A stretch of 40,537 nt of DNA from a virus, in IMG/VR virus record IMGVR_UViG_3300002035_000002, positions 1 through 40,537 of that record; one strand, given 5' to 3'. Below are positions 1-8,703 of this stretch, in pieces. A program made the translations under genes and the position numbers. Position 1 is the stretch's first letter. Each line of letters opens with the position of its first letter. The notes beneath the pieces are model-generated. The model saw nothing but the letters and a program-made list of their open reading frames with translations. It was not told where the DNA came from and did no database searches.

Positions 1-49
1 GCGGCTTCCTGCTTGTCCTCTGGGAGGGCTGCAATCGCCTGCTGAAAGT
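1..49. repeat. Terminal direct repeat, identical to nt 40489-40537. Either a circular-assembly overlap or a collapsed terminal redundancy.
   Basis: Read directly: gcggcttcctgcttgtcctctgggagggctgcaatcgcctgctgaaagt is present at both window ends. Unique length is 40488 nt. Confidence 0.95.
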
Positions 50-332
50 CTTCGCCAAGTGCGGGCGTGGTTCCTTCTCCACCGCCATCATCGCCAGAGG
101 CTTTCTCTTCTTGAGCTGCCTTGTGCTGGGCGCGGCCATAGTCTTCCCAAGAGTCGAACCCTTCAGGGGGTCCGCCTTCACCTTCCTTGGGGGCCGGTTG
201 CTGATCGGAAGGTTTATCCCCTTCCTCGGCCTTTACATTGGTTCCAACGACCGCTGTATCTGTTCCGCCTACTTCTTGGGTAGACTGAGCTTCTTCGCCG
301 GGATTGGCTTCTGCGTTTTCGTCCATTGTCAT
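1..332 (-). CDS. Scaffolding protein (T7 gp9-like), 5' part. It continues in frame across the circular junction into 40488..40002, giving about 272 aa in total.
   Basis: ATG at 332..330 (or 326..324) sits just after the portal stop, behind an AAGGAA SD. Hand translation MTMDENAEANPGEEAQSTQEV... has no stop down to nt 1. 332 nt plus the 7 nt at 40488..40482 is 113 codons, in frame with the tracked ORF 40002..40481. The protein is acidic and lies between portal and capsid. Confidence 0.75.
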   Translation of the reverse strand, partial: MTMDENAEANPGEEAQSTQEVGGTDTAVVGTNVKAEEGDKPSDQQPAPKEGEGGPPEGFDSWEDYGRAQHKAAQEEKASGDDGGGEGTTPALGEDFQQAIAALPEDKQEA

Positions 333-338
333 ATTTCC

Positions 339-2072
339 TTATTGCTGTGGAGGTGGTGAATCTTGGGGAGGAGCATCACTTCCTGCTGCCTGAGTTTCTG
401 CAACTTGGTTGCTGGTGATGTTATTGCCTAACTGCCGTAGCGCCTCTGGGCCTAAGTTGTCAAGCAGTTGCTGTTGCTGTCCCTGTTGAGCCTGAGCCTC
501 CAGCTCTTCTTCCGTAGGGAGTAGGCCTTCCGTATTGATACCAAGGGCAACCGCGACACGATCTGCGAAGGGACCCATCTTAGGACCAAGCATTGCCTGA
601 ACGCTCTGAGGACCGACCGCCTCTCCAAGGATGGACACCCAAGTCCTAAGGTTCTGAAGCTCAACATTGCGACCCAGCGCGGCGAGGCCTGCTGTCACGG
701 TTAGCTTATAGGCCCCCTTTGGGAGTTGGGGTAGTCGCTTCGCGGCCATTAGTCGCTTGAGTTTAAGTGTAGCGTAGGGGGTCTGCCATGTGACAATCTG
801 CTGAGAGTAAACCCCTCCGAGACCGTCTTCCAGCTCCTGAGCCACATACCTGATCTCTTCGGCTGTCACGCGTTCCCCGTCTCTCCGGGCTGAGCTGTTC
901 AAGAGGAAAGCCTGCCCAAGACGTTGGAGGGCCTTATCAGTGGTCGTCTCCGCTACGCGCAGGTCGGCTGATTTGTTTGAGGTGAGAGTGTGAACATCTG
1001 ATTCTCGACCTGTTATTACGTCCCCGTTTCTGGCCTGAGAGAGCTGCCTCTTATTCGTCATCCCTGTAGGGTTCACGAGGGTTATCATTCGGGCGAGGAT
1101 TGCGGACCCCTCAGAGATAGTCTTCGTCAGGTCCTCTGCGGTCAGCAAGTCGCCTTCATACATCTCTGCGTAAGAACGCCCATAGTCTTCTCCGTCTAAG
1201 AGAATCCATGGAAGGAATAGGTAGGGCATAGAGCCGGGTTCTCTGTTGTAAGTGGCTTCGCTGCCGGGGATGACTACGCCACACACCTCTTGGAAGACCT
1301 CCCACTTGCCTTTCTTCAGGTAGCCGTAGGTGTAAATGTTTACCGGGTGTTCGCTGTCCTCATCCTCTGGAGGCTTCTCGTGCCCGGAGGCCATTATCGC
1401 CTCTTTGGTTTCTTCGTCAATGGTTGCCCAGTCTCGAACGTCCATGATACCCCATCTCAATAGGTTCCCCTGTGCGTCTCGGTTACAGACGTATCGGGAT
1501 AGGGGAATCCCTCGGAAGGTCCCGTCAGGATAGCATTGGAGGGAGTGGTTCCCACCAATAATCATGGAGAGGGCCGCCACAAACATCCGGGCGCGATCAC
1601 CGTCCTCCTCTACCATCTCGGCCATTTGATTCTCTACTGCGGAAAAACCCTTCTCGATGACCAACTCGACATCCGCCCTCTCGTCTTCTGGGAGCTGGGC
1701 GAGGTCCTGTTTGGTGCGGGTGTCCTGAGCGAGCTTCACATTAGGGCGGCCTGCGGGGAAGAGGGCAAAGACCACCTTAGCTGCGAGGTTGTTGCAGAGG
1801 TAGGCACCCACACTATTCCAAGGAACGGTTATGTTCTGGTTGCCTTTGTTCTGCTGATTTTGATAGGTGTCCTCCTCCCTGAAGAGCGTAGGGACAGTCA
1901 GCTTCGATAACCTGTAAGCGCGGTCGAGATAAGGCTGACGATTAGCATGTTGCTTTTTGTAATACTTAGCCGCAATGCCTTCCTTCTGTTTCCAGCGGGG
2001 TGCGTCCTTGCCTCCTTTCCCGTCTAAGGATGAGGGGCTGGCTGTATACGTCTTCGAGGGAGAACTAACCAT
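339..2072 (-). CDS. Portal (head-tail connector) protein, T7 gp8-like
   Basis: 577 aa. The segments DGEDYGRSYAEMYEGDL and GERVTAEEIRYVAQELEDGLGGVYS are nearly identical to the remembered T7 gp8 segments DGESYGRSYIEEYLGDL and GERVTAEEIRYVASELEDTLGGVYS. It lies directly upstream of scaffold and capsid. Confidence 0.95.
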   Translation of the reverse strand: MVSSPSKTYTASPSSLDGKGGKDAPRWKQKEGIAAKYYKKQHANRQPYLDRAYRLSKLTVPTLFREEDTYQNQQNKGNQNITVPWNSVGAYLCNNLAAKVVFALFPAGRPNVKLAQDTRTKQDLAQLPEDERADVELVIEKGFSAVENQMAEMVEEDGDRARMFVAALSMIIGGNHSLQCYPDGTFRGIPLSRYVCNRDAQGNLLRWGIMDVRDWATIDEETKEAIMASGHEKPPEDEDSEHPVNIYTYGYLKKGKWEVFQEVCGVVIPGSEATYNREPGSMPYLFLPWILLDGEDYGRSYAEMYEGDLLTAEDLTKTISEGSAILARMITLVNPTGMTNKRQLSQARNGDVITGRESDVHTLTSNKSADLRVAETTTDKALQRLGQAFLLNSSARRDGERVTAEEIRYVAQELEDGLGGVYSQQIVTWQTPYATLKLKRLMAAKRLPQLPKGAYKLTVTAGLAALGRNVELQNLRTWVSILGEAVGPQSVQAMLGPKMGPFADRVAVALGINTEGLLPTEEELEAQAQQGQQQQLLDNLGPEALRQLGNNITSNQVAETQAAGSDAPPQDSPPPQQ

Positions 2073-2083
2073 GTGTTATTCGC

Positions 2084-2230
2084 TTACCTTGATTTACGGA
2101 GGCGGAGGCGGCCTACTGCGCCGCGAGAGCGGGGTGCCGTATCGGAGCCGAGTCGTAGCTCTTCAACTCCTTGGTTCGGTTCGGGCGCGGCGGGGGTCGG
2201 TGCTTTCACCTTGGGTTTCGGAAGTGACAT
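2084..2230 (-). CDS. Small basic Pro/Lys-rich protein of 48 aa, possibly a T7 gp6.7-like virion protein
   Basis: ATG at 2230 is preceded by AAGGAG with a 9-nt spacer. MSLPKPKVKAPTPAAPEPNQGVEE..GSD resembles the remembered T7 gp6.7 N-terminus (MCFSPKIKTPK...EPAPLTQEV..GGSSD). It ends 12 nt before the portal start. The tracked ORF 2084..2299 is the same frame with a longer start. Confidence 0.45.
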   Translation of the reverse strand: MSLPKPKVKAPTPAAPEPNQGVEELRLGSDTAPRSRGAVGRLRLRKSR

Positions 2231-2441
2231 CTTCTTCTGCTCCTTGTCTTTGGTGGTTGAGGACTTGCTCGATATGAGCGATAACGTTGGTTTCTCCACT
2301 GCGGATTGAAACCGCTGTCCCTGTTCGGATAAGACTATCTACGTCTGTAGGGAAATTTATGGGAGTGTCAACAGGGAATATCTCCCTAAGATACTCGACT
2401 AGGCCAATCGGGATTGCAGGCGCACTGTCCATATCAGCCAT
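2163..2441 (-). CDS. Hypothetical protein of 92 aa, at the T7 gene 6.5 position
   Basis: This is the internal ATG (MADMDSAPAIPIG...) of tracked ORF 2163..2615, chosen because it starts 20 nt after the upstream gene's stop. The SD is weak. Its 3' end overlaps the next ORF out of frame by 68 nt. Confidence 0.45.
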   Translation of the reverse strand: MADMDSAPAIPIGLVEYLREIFPVDTPINFPTDVDSLIRTGTAVSIRSGETNVIAHIEQVLNHQRQGAEEDVTSETQGESTDPRRARTEPRS

Positions 2442-2460
2442 AGTCGAATACCTTTTTATT

Positions 2461-3042
2461 TTAGCCGGGGTTCTTAAACAATTGCTCAGGCAACTCGCGG
2501 GCAAGCCTCCTAAGGTCTTCCACCGAGCCTCCGTTCTGGATGCTGGGAAGTGGGGCATTGTCCAAGAGACCTTCGCTCTTGTGGGCCTTGTAGGCTGAGG
2601 AGTTTGGTCTGTCAACCCTTAAAACGACACCGCCTGCATTCTGTAGCGCGTGAAGCTCATTAGGGAATCTCAGATCATCCACCACTACGTCATGCCCAAG
2701 CTGCCAATGTTCGCGGACTTTCGCCATAGCGAGGTCAACCCAAAGATCACTGTTCACCTGCTCCCGCCCCCACTCAGTCCCTAGGGTCTGCATAAGGTGG
2801 CGGGTGGTAACGTCAAGGCCGGGGATAGGTTGTTCCTTCAGGGAACCTTCTAACATCTCCTCGATGAGAGCCTCTGGAGCGGGTGTCATCCTGAGTAGGC
2901 ACCTGACCATCTCCTTCGGCCCACGAGCAAACTTGACGAGCTTCCACCCCCGATCTCCCACGAGGGTGTTAGCTACGGTGGACTTGCCAGACTGCATGAC
3001 CGGGGAGTAAAGCCCAATCAGTCTTCCTTGGGAGGTTGCCAT
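2461..3042 (-). CDS. Deoxynucleoside monophosphate kinase (T4 gp1-like, P-loop)
   Basis: 193 aa with Walker A GLYSPVMQSGKST. RHLMQTLGTEWGRE matches T4 gp1 RRLMQALGTD. DDLRFPNE, a RPN..HKSE block and a C-terminal NGGSVEDL (T4 gp1 NDGSLEEL) are present. The SD is GGAGG, 7 nt before the ATG. Confidence 0.7.
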   Translation of the reverse strand: MATSQGRLIGLYSPVMQSGKSTVANTLVGDRGWKLVKFARGPKEMVRCLLRMTPAPEALIEEMLEGSLKEQPIPGLDVTTRHLMQTLGTEWGREQVNSDLWVDLAMAKVREHWQLGHDVVVDDLRFPNELHALQNAGGVVLRVDRPNSSAYKAHKSEGLLDNAPLPSIQNGGSVEDLRRLARELPEQLFKNPG

Positions 3043-3824
3043 AGAATGACCTCCTTCTTCTCAGCGTCCCAGTCAGAGACCCGGCAGATACGAGCGACAC
3101 GGGCCTGTAGGAGAGCGTCCTCCTCAGTCAGGCCTTTCTTCTCAAACTCATGGACGATTGCCTGCCACCTCTCGGCTTTCGGCATGTCCTCATAGTAGTC
3201 CAACAGGCGGTCAGTCTTCCTAGGGCCGAAGCCGGGAAGGCCGGGATAATTGTCCGCGTTGTCTCCTACCATTGTCTGATAGAGGTGCCAACGATCTGCC
3301 CTCTCCTCGTCAATCACAGAAACCTTGACGGAGCCGTTACGGGCTGGGGTCAGAGTGATTCCCGGAATCTGGAGCAGGTCCTTGTCAGGAGAGTAGATAG
3401 CAGCTTCGTCCCCACGGGCCTGAAAGACCCCGGACATAATGCCACATACGTCATCCGCTTCCAGCCCCTTGATGAGGATAGGAGTAAATCCCGCAGGAGG
3501 GTCTTCCATTATACTCTCCCGGAGAGCATTCAAGCCGATCGGCCTAGCGTTCCCTTTCCGGTTGTCCTTGTAGGTGGGATAGATGTCCTTGCGGAAGCAG
3601 GTCCGGTCTGAGAGGACGATGTAGAGCCTGTCTGTATGCAGGCGTTCGGCGATGATGTTGAGGCGCTTGTGGCACTCTTTTATAATTGCTTCGTCAGAGA
3701 GAAGCTGTAGCTGTTCTCCATCACAGACGGTCTCGCCTTTAAGGGCCGCTGCGTAAAGAACACCATCAGCATCAATCAGGGCTACCCGATTTTGCTTTGG
3801 CTTTCTCCAGATACGATTTGACAT
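3018..3824 (-). CDS. 5'-3' exonuclease (FEN/53EXO family, T7 gp6-like)
   Basis: 268 aa. N-terminal ALIDADGVLY, GLEADDV and the H3TH-like GDNADNYPGLPGFGPRKT motifs are present. It lies downstream of the DNA polymerase as in T7. Confidence 0.9.
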   Translation of the reverse strand: MSNRIWRKPKQNRVALIDADGVLYAAALKGETVCDGEQLQLLSDEAIIKECHKRLNIIAERLHTDRLYIVLSDRTCFRKDIYPTYKDNRKGNARPIGLNALRESIMEDPPAGFTPILIKGLEADDVCGIMSGVFQARGDEAAIYSPDKDLLQIPGITLTPARNGSVKVSVIDEERADRWHLYQTMVGDNADNYPGLPGFGPRKTDRLLDYYEDMPKAERWQAIVHEFEKKGLTEEDALLQARVARICRVSDWDAEKKEVILWQPPKED

Positions 3825-4098
3825 AGGCGTCTTCCTCTTTGCGGATGTGGTCCGCGTTATCGAATAGGTGCTTCAGTCCCTTCGGAGTCAGTTTCCAGAT
3901 ACGTCCATATAGGCTACCTCCGGGGACGATGTTCGTAGTGACTAGCCCACGAGAGGCTGCCTCAGCGAACTCATCCGCAAAGCGTCTGGCTTCATCTGAC
4001 TTGGTGGAAACTTCATAGGTCCAGACTCGCTGGAGAATATAAATGATTCCACCCTCACGGTCCTCAGCATGGATTGGTCGGTGGTCTTCAACCCGCAT
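3772..4098 (-). CDS. Hypothetical protein of 108 aa, possibly a small winged-helix DNA binder
   Basis: The ORF has SD AAAGGAGG before its ATG. RIWKLTPKGLKHL resembles a wHTH wing. It overlaps the exonuclease start by 53 nt. Confidence 0.55.
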   Translation of the reverse strand: MRVEDHRPIHAEDREGGIIYILQRVWTYEVSTKSDEARRFADEFAEAASRGLVTTNIVPGGSLYGRIWKLTPKGLKHLFDNADHIRKEEDAYVKSYLEKAKAKSGSPD

Positions 4099-4196
4099 AG
4101 GTCTTAACCTCCTTTCTCAAGTGCTAAAGGATTGCTTTCTAGGGTTATGGTATGGAGGAAGTTTGGGCGCTTAATTCTTGCCCGTGCTGTCTCTTC

Positions 4197-6425
4197 TTAG
4201 TGTGTGTCGGCCCAGCTCGTCCCTCTATCCGCTTCCGCTTCAAGGGGGCAGTTAAGCCTGAAGTGTTTCCCGGCTAGGCCGAGAGCCTGCTCAGCGTGTT
4301 GCTGATATATAGGCCACTTATCTGGCAGACCTTCAGCTTGAGCCTCATCGTGGATATTGCCTACAAATTCGTAGTCTAGTCCGGGCTTCATGTTTGCCTT
4401 GGTCTGTAGATTCTGGTCTAGGATAACCAGAGCTTTCTTCATAGCAATAGCTCCGGCGGATTGCAAGAGGGTATTTAATGCCGCGTGTGCTTTTCTCACA
4501 TGCAGCTTCCTACCATCTAGTCCTATCAAATACTTTCTGTCTTTCACGGCTTCTGTAATGGCGTCTCCTAGTTGGGCTTTCGCCACGAAGCGGTCTTCCA
4601 TCTTCGCCTTGATCTCCTTCCCCAGTTGAATCTTTTCTTTGTCACTCCCAGTAGGCATAACGATAGAGCCAATCTTGAGCTGACCTGCGCCGTATAGCTC
4701 TGCATACATAGTAGTCTTGGCATTGTCTCGACCGCCATCTCCGGAACCTAGCAGGTCTGTCCCTATCAAGTCTCTCAGCCAAGAGTGAGGGTCTGTCCCT
4801 TTTGACTTGTCCCCCTTGACCACGATGTCTGCGTATTCTCCGCCATCCCACTTATGGATGTAATGAGCCAGCATCCTCAACTCCAAAGCCGCACCATCGA
4901 AGCCCCAAAGCTCATAGCCGGGAGAGGCAATGAACAGCTCCCTACACCGCATGCCATGAAGCATAGGAGAATCGGGGTAATCTTTTTGGGCTGCCGTGTT
5001 CTTGGGCACCTGTGCAAGGTTCGGACTCATATGTGTGCATCTGCCGGTCACGGCTCCATTGGTGTTGACCCGTCCGTGAATCCTATAGACCTGCTTCCCG
5101 TTAGCGTCCTCCGTAACTTCTGCCATCTTGAGCCAAGCCTTCGGACCCATAGAGAGTTGGCCTAGGCGCTTCAGGATGAGGTAGTACTCGGCAAGGAGAC
5201 GAGCCTCTGGGTAGGGCAGACCTCTCAGAACATCCTCGTCTACCTTGGGCTGAGGAGGGGTCTTTCCTCCGGGCGTCCACTTCACCGGCTTCCAGTCGTA
5301 CATGTACATCAATCTCTTCCAGATGTGCTGCCTAGAGGAAGGCTTGAACTGGACACGCTTAACAGGAGTGTAGGCTGCCCCCTGATAGAAGTGTAGATAG
5401 GGGTTCCCCTGATAAGGTTTAAGGGCCTTTCCTGTCTTCTCAGAGAATCTCGGTAGGGTCACCTCTGGGAAGCCGATCATCTTGCTCCTACGCTTCTTCG
5501 TAGGGACGATCACTTCGGCGTATTCTCGATTGCTGTAGAAGAGGGCCGCTCGTTTCTGTTGCTCCTCCTCGTCTTCCTCTCCTTCGTCTTCCACTTCATC
5601 CTGTCTGAACGAATAGGAGGAGGCCTTTATGTCTTCCGCTTTGGAGTTGGCTTTCTTGCCTGACTCCCACCATTCTCCGAAGCTGGCAATGAGGCTGCCC
5701 TCTAATTCATTCTCCCTCTCCTGTAATTCCGAGAGGAGCGTAATCGCTTTCTCCGAGTGGAACGTGAAGCCACGCCTTTCCTGCCTCCGAATGATAGCGG
5801 CGAACTCATGCTCTAGGTCCATTGCCTCAGTCGCGGGCTTCTGGGACCATAACCATTTGAACAGAGCGAAGGTAACCTCGCTGTCCTGCTCCACATACAC
5901 CTGCATCTCTTCGTTCCAGTGCGACCAGCCTCCTTTGTATTCTCCCTTGAGGACCCCGAGACGGAGACCCCATACCTCAAGCCGGTGCTGGCCTCTCTGG
6001 AATGGCATGATCTTGTGGCTGTTCGGCCCCCGTTTTTTTATGTCGGGGTATATAAGGCGAGAGAGGAGGAGGGTGTCTAATATCTTGGACCCCGGCTTGG
6101 GCTTCCACCAAGGGAACACTCGTGCCAAGGCCCGTTCGTCAAAGTCCTGTATGTTGTGGCCGATACGGAGGTCTGCTTCCGCGAGGAGCTGAAGGCAATC
6201 CACTATGGACATACGCTCCCAGCCTCGCCCCTTCTTTCCTTTCTCATACCCACGCTGGTCACAGGCCGAGATTTTGCGGACTGCCTTATAGGCTCCCTTC
6301 TCATCCTGTTCAATTCGAATGAGGGAGATACAGTGGACGGTGTTGAGGGGAGGCGTTACTTGTCCTTTCTCGCGCTTGGCTTGGAGGAGGCCATTGGTCT
6401 CAATATCGTAGATGTCAATTATCAT
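4197..6425 (-). CDS. Family A DNA polymerase with 3'-5' exonuclease domain (T7 gp5-like)
   Basis: 742 aa. Exo I is IYDIETNGL and Exo II is HNIQDFDERAL. Pol motif A is DGAALELRMLAHY, motif B is RDNAKTTMYAELYGAG and motif C is IHDEAQAE. The thumb segment ...GAAYTPVKRVQFKPSSRQHI is colinear with the end of the T7 thioredoxin-binding loop (GAPYTPVEHVVFNPSSRDHI). Confidence 0.95.
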   Translation of the reverse strand: MIIDIYDIETNGLLQAKREKGQVTPPLNTVHCISLIRIEQDEKGAYKAVRKISACDQRGYEKGKKGRGWERMSIVDCLQLLAEADLRIGHNIQDFDERALARVFPWWKPKPGSKILDTLLLSRLIYPDIKKRGPNSHKIMPFQRGQHRLEVWGLRLGVLKGEYKGGWSHWNEEMQVYVEQDSEVTFALFKWLWSQKPATEAMDLEHEFAAIIRRQERRGFTFHSEKAITLLSELQERENELEGSLIASFGEWWESGKKANSKAEDIKASSYSFRQDEVEDEGEEDEEEQQKRAALFYSNREYAEVIVPTKKRRSKMIGFPEVTLPRFSEKTGKALKPYQGNPYLHFYQGAAYTPVKRVQFKPSSRQHIWKRLMYMYDWKPVKWTPGGKTPPQPKVDEDVLRGLPYPEARLLAEYYLILKRLGQLSMGPKAWLKMAEVTEDANGKQVYRIHGRVNTNGAVTGRCTHMSPNLAQVPKNTAAQKDYPDSPMLHGMRCRELFIASPGYELWGFDGAALELRMLAHYIHKWDGGEYADIVVKGDKSKGTDPHSWLRDLIGTDLLGSGDGGRDNAKTTMYAELYGAGQLKIGSIVMPTGSDKEKIQLGKEIKAKMEDRFVAKAQLGDAITEAVKDRKYLIGLDGRKLHVRKAHAALNTLLQSAGAIAMKKALVILDQNLQTKANMKPGLDYEFVGNIHDEAQAEGLPDKWPIYQQHAEQALGLAGKHFRLNCPLEAEADRGTSWADTH

Positions 6426-8115
6426 CTTTATCCTCCACAGGAGGGGGAGCTACTTCATCCAGCTCTATAGCCGGAACCTCTAAACGGCCAGTCAGTTGGT
6501 TGTAGACTACTTGCTTCGTCTCGCCGGTGCTGTCTCCTGTGAACCTGTCCTTCAGGACCCGGATGGTGGTGGTCGCCCTCTCCTGCTCATCCTCGGCCTG
6601 TTGATCTCGTTCCATCCCGAAGACGAAGCTCGCCCACATGACAATAGCGCCTGACCCCCGAAAGTGTTTCAGCTCCACGCGGCCTCCCTCTTCGTGACTG
6701 TCTCCCTGCCCCGGTCGGGTGAGGTGGGAGTTGAAGATGATGGGGATTCCCAGCTCCTCGGCCAGAGACTTGGCCTCAGCGAACAGCTTATCCAGAGCCT
6801 TGCGATCATCGTCCTCTTGCGCCACCAGTGCGGCAACCGGGTCAACATAGGCCTTGTCGATTCTCTCAGCGTGGCGGAGGTAGCGAAGCCTTTCCTTCAC
6901 AGAAGGCCAGTCAACAGCTCCATAGTGGTCATTGATAAAGAGTCGGCCACACAGATTATCCATATAATCCTTCGCCTCAATTAGCTCCTCGTGCGTCCAT
7001 AGCTCAGCTCCTTTATCGTCCATAGGGACGTGGAACCTCTTGGACCACAGCTTCCCGGCGATTCCCTTCAGGGTCCGCACAGGAGAAGCCTCATAGTTAA
7101 ACACCGCCACTCGCAGCTCCTCTCCTCCGTCTGCTTTGGGGCGTATATCATGGGCGACAAACTCAGCCTGCAAGTCAGACTTACCTATCCCGGTCCCGGC
7201 TCCGATCACTACTACGTCTCCGGGGCGTAGGCCGTAAGTCCAGTCGGTCATAAATTTGTAAGGGAAAGAGAATCCTGTCACGGTCGGGGAAAGGGCTAGC
7301 CCCCACAGGGAGGACGCCTCTACGATTCCGTCTGGGCGATAGGCGGGGGCGTTGAATAGGGCGCGGGTAGTCGCCTCTGAGCCAGCCTTCTGGACGTTCT
7401 CGTGGATGTCCTTGTGCGACATCTCTGCTATGTAAGCCTTGCCGGGGGGCAACATCTTAGCCAGCTCCAGCGAGCCTGTCCTACCCGCCTCATCCATGTC
7501 CAGAGCAAGGACCACCTTGTCATATTGGTTAAGTTTTGGAAGCGCCTTTGCGAAAGCCTTGCCGGAGGATTCAGCCCCGAAGGGTAGCCCTACTACAGGA
7601 AACTTATTGCCCCACAGTTGGGAGCAGGCGAGAGTGTCTTTCTCTCCCTCAGCCACCACGATCATCTTGCCTCCGGAGCCTGCTCTCTCGATACCGTAGA
7701 GCGATACGGCGTCCTGATCTCCTATGCCGAAGAAGCTCTCCTTGTCGTTACTGGGAGTGACCACGCGGACCTTGCAGAATACAGGTAGTCCCTCTTCGTC
7801 TTTATAGGTGGCGTAGTGATAGCCTTTCCCTCCTCGGGCCTCCACTCTGTAGTCCCAGTGTTTGCAGGTCTCGGCGGTTATCTTCCACTTATCGAGTCGC
7901 TTGGGTTCGCTCACCTCCTTAATGGAGGAATAGTCGAAGCTGGTTTTCTTCTTTGGGGCTTTCTTGGAGGATGAGCTTCCTTTGCCGGGCGTGTGGGTTC
8001 CACAGGAGAAGCAGTAGGTATGGCCGTCTGAGTAGGAAGCGAGAGCATCACTGCTCCCACAATCCTCGCAGGGGAGGCCCTTCTCTACCAGCTCTGAAGA
8101 GTCGCTGGAGGACAT
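6415..8115 (-). CDS. Bifunctional primase-helicase (T7 gp4-like)
   Basis: 566 aa. It has an N-terminal Zn ribbon (CEDCGSSDALASYSDGHTYCFSCG), TOPRIM VVAEGEKD and helicase Walker A GAGTGIGKSD. It overlaps the DNAP start by 11 nt. Confidence 0.95.
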   Translation of the reverse strand: MSSSDSSELVEKGLPCEDCGSSDALASYSDGHTYCFSCGTHTPGKGSSSSKKAPKKKTSFDYSSIKEVSEPKRLDKWKITAETCKHWDYRVEARGGKGYHYATYKDEEGLPVFCKVRVVTPSNDKESFFGIGDQDAVSLYGIERAGSGGKMIVVAEGEKDTLACSQLWGNKFPVVGLPFGAESSGKAFAKALPKLNQYDKVVLALDMDEAGRTGSLELAKMLPPGKAYIAEMSHKDIHENVQKAGSEATTRALFNAPAYRPDGIVEASSLWGLALSPTVTGFSFPYKFMTDWTYGLRPGDVVVIGAGTGIGKSDLQAEFVAHDIRPKADGGEELRVAVFNYEASPVRTLKGIAGKLWSKRFHVPMDDKGAELWTHEELIEAKDYMDNLCGRLFINDHYGAVDWPSVKERLRYLRHAERIDKAYVDPVAALVAQEDDDRKALDKLFAEAKSLAEELGIPIIFNSHLTRPGQGDSHEEGGRVELKHFRGSGAIVMWASFVFGMERDQQAEDEQERATTTIRVLKDRFTGDSTGETKQVVYNQLTGRLEVPAIELDEVAPPPVEDKDDN

Positions 8116-8129
8116 AAGGCTTCCCTTTC

Positions 8130-8402
8130 TTATTTAGTATTCTTGGAAGTTGCTTTCCGTTTGGGCGCGGGCAGAGGAACCACTTCGACATTCTCAGGAG
8201 AGACAGCCCAGTCCAACTTTACGTTACTCTTTGCAATGTCTTCGACCGAGAGGATTCGACTCTCACCGTCCTGCCCGTCTCGGAGCTGAATATGTTTATT
8301 GGGGAGTGCCTGCGTTAATTCAGGGCAGGGTAGGGATTTGCCGCGTCCGCATTGTCCGGGTTTGGCATTGGGGATTCCACAGGTGGGGCAGAACTTTGTC
8401 AT
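8130..8402 (-). CDS. Hypothetical zinc-ribbon protein, 90 aa
   Basis: It begins MTKFCPTCG...CGRGKSLPCPE (Cys4-like). Its start overlaps the upstream stop as ATGA. Confidence 0.6.
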   Translation of the reverse strand: MTKFCPTCGIPNAKPGQCGRGKSLPCPELTQALPNKHIQLRDGQDGESRILSVEDIAKSNVKLDWAVSPENVEVVPLPAPKRKATSKNTK

Positions 8403-8692
8403 AGTTTGGGTAAATCCTTTAGAGCGTCTTTGATTTCAGGGGGAAGGTCTACAGTATTATTGCCTCTAATAAGCAGGAGGCAGGCTGCTGCAATGCCAGA
8501 GAGTAAGACCCCTACCTCTGTCATAGGGATAGGCTGATCTCTGAAGAGTGCGATGATAGGAATAGCCAGACCCACGATGAGGACTGGCACAGAGTAGATA
8601 CGACCGATAGCCCAAGTCTCCCCGTCAGGTCCCGTGAATAGGTCCTTGAAGAATTTTCTTATACGAGAAGGCTTGGGCTTTTGTGTGGTCAT
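8399..8692 (-). CDS. Hypothetical membrane protein, 97 aa, with two predicted TM helices
   Basis: Hydrophobic stretches are IYSVPVLIVGLAIPIIALF and VGVLLSGIAAACLLLI. It sits in the operon with no gaps. Confidence 0.6.
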   Translation of the reverse strand: MTTQKPKPSRIRKFFKDLFTGPDGETWAIGRIYSVPVLIVGLAIPIIALFRDQPIPMTEVGVLLSGIAAACLLLIRGNNTVDLPPEIKDALKDLPKL

Positions 8693-8703
8693 AGTGGTTT
8701 GGG

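Noticed and set aside
4292-4317. Promoter-like strings on the plus (antisense) strand: CAGCGTGTTGCTGATATATAGGCCAC at 4292-4317, GGTAGCTAG... at 22244-22268 and CAGTGGTCGCCTTCGCGTATATGTAGG at 22340-22366.
   Set aside because: They match the three-site consensus only partially (about half of the upstream recognition positions, or with wrong spacing). They would also fire antisense into coding regions. They are worth a PWM scan but are not supportable by eye.
6415-8115. A possible internal start producing a gp4B-like helicase-only isoform, as in T7.
   Set aside because: There is no in-frame Met with an SD near the end of the zinc-ribbon region. The first internal Met is about residue 150, inside the primase (TOPRIM) domain.
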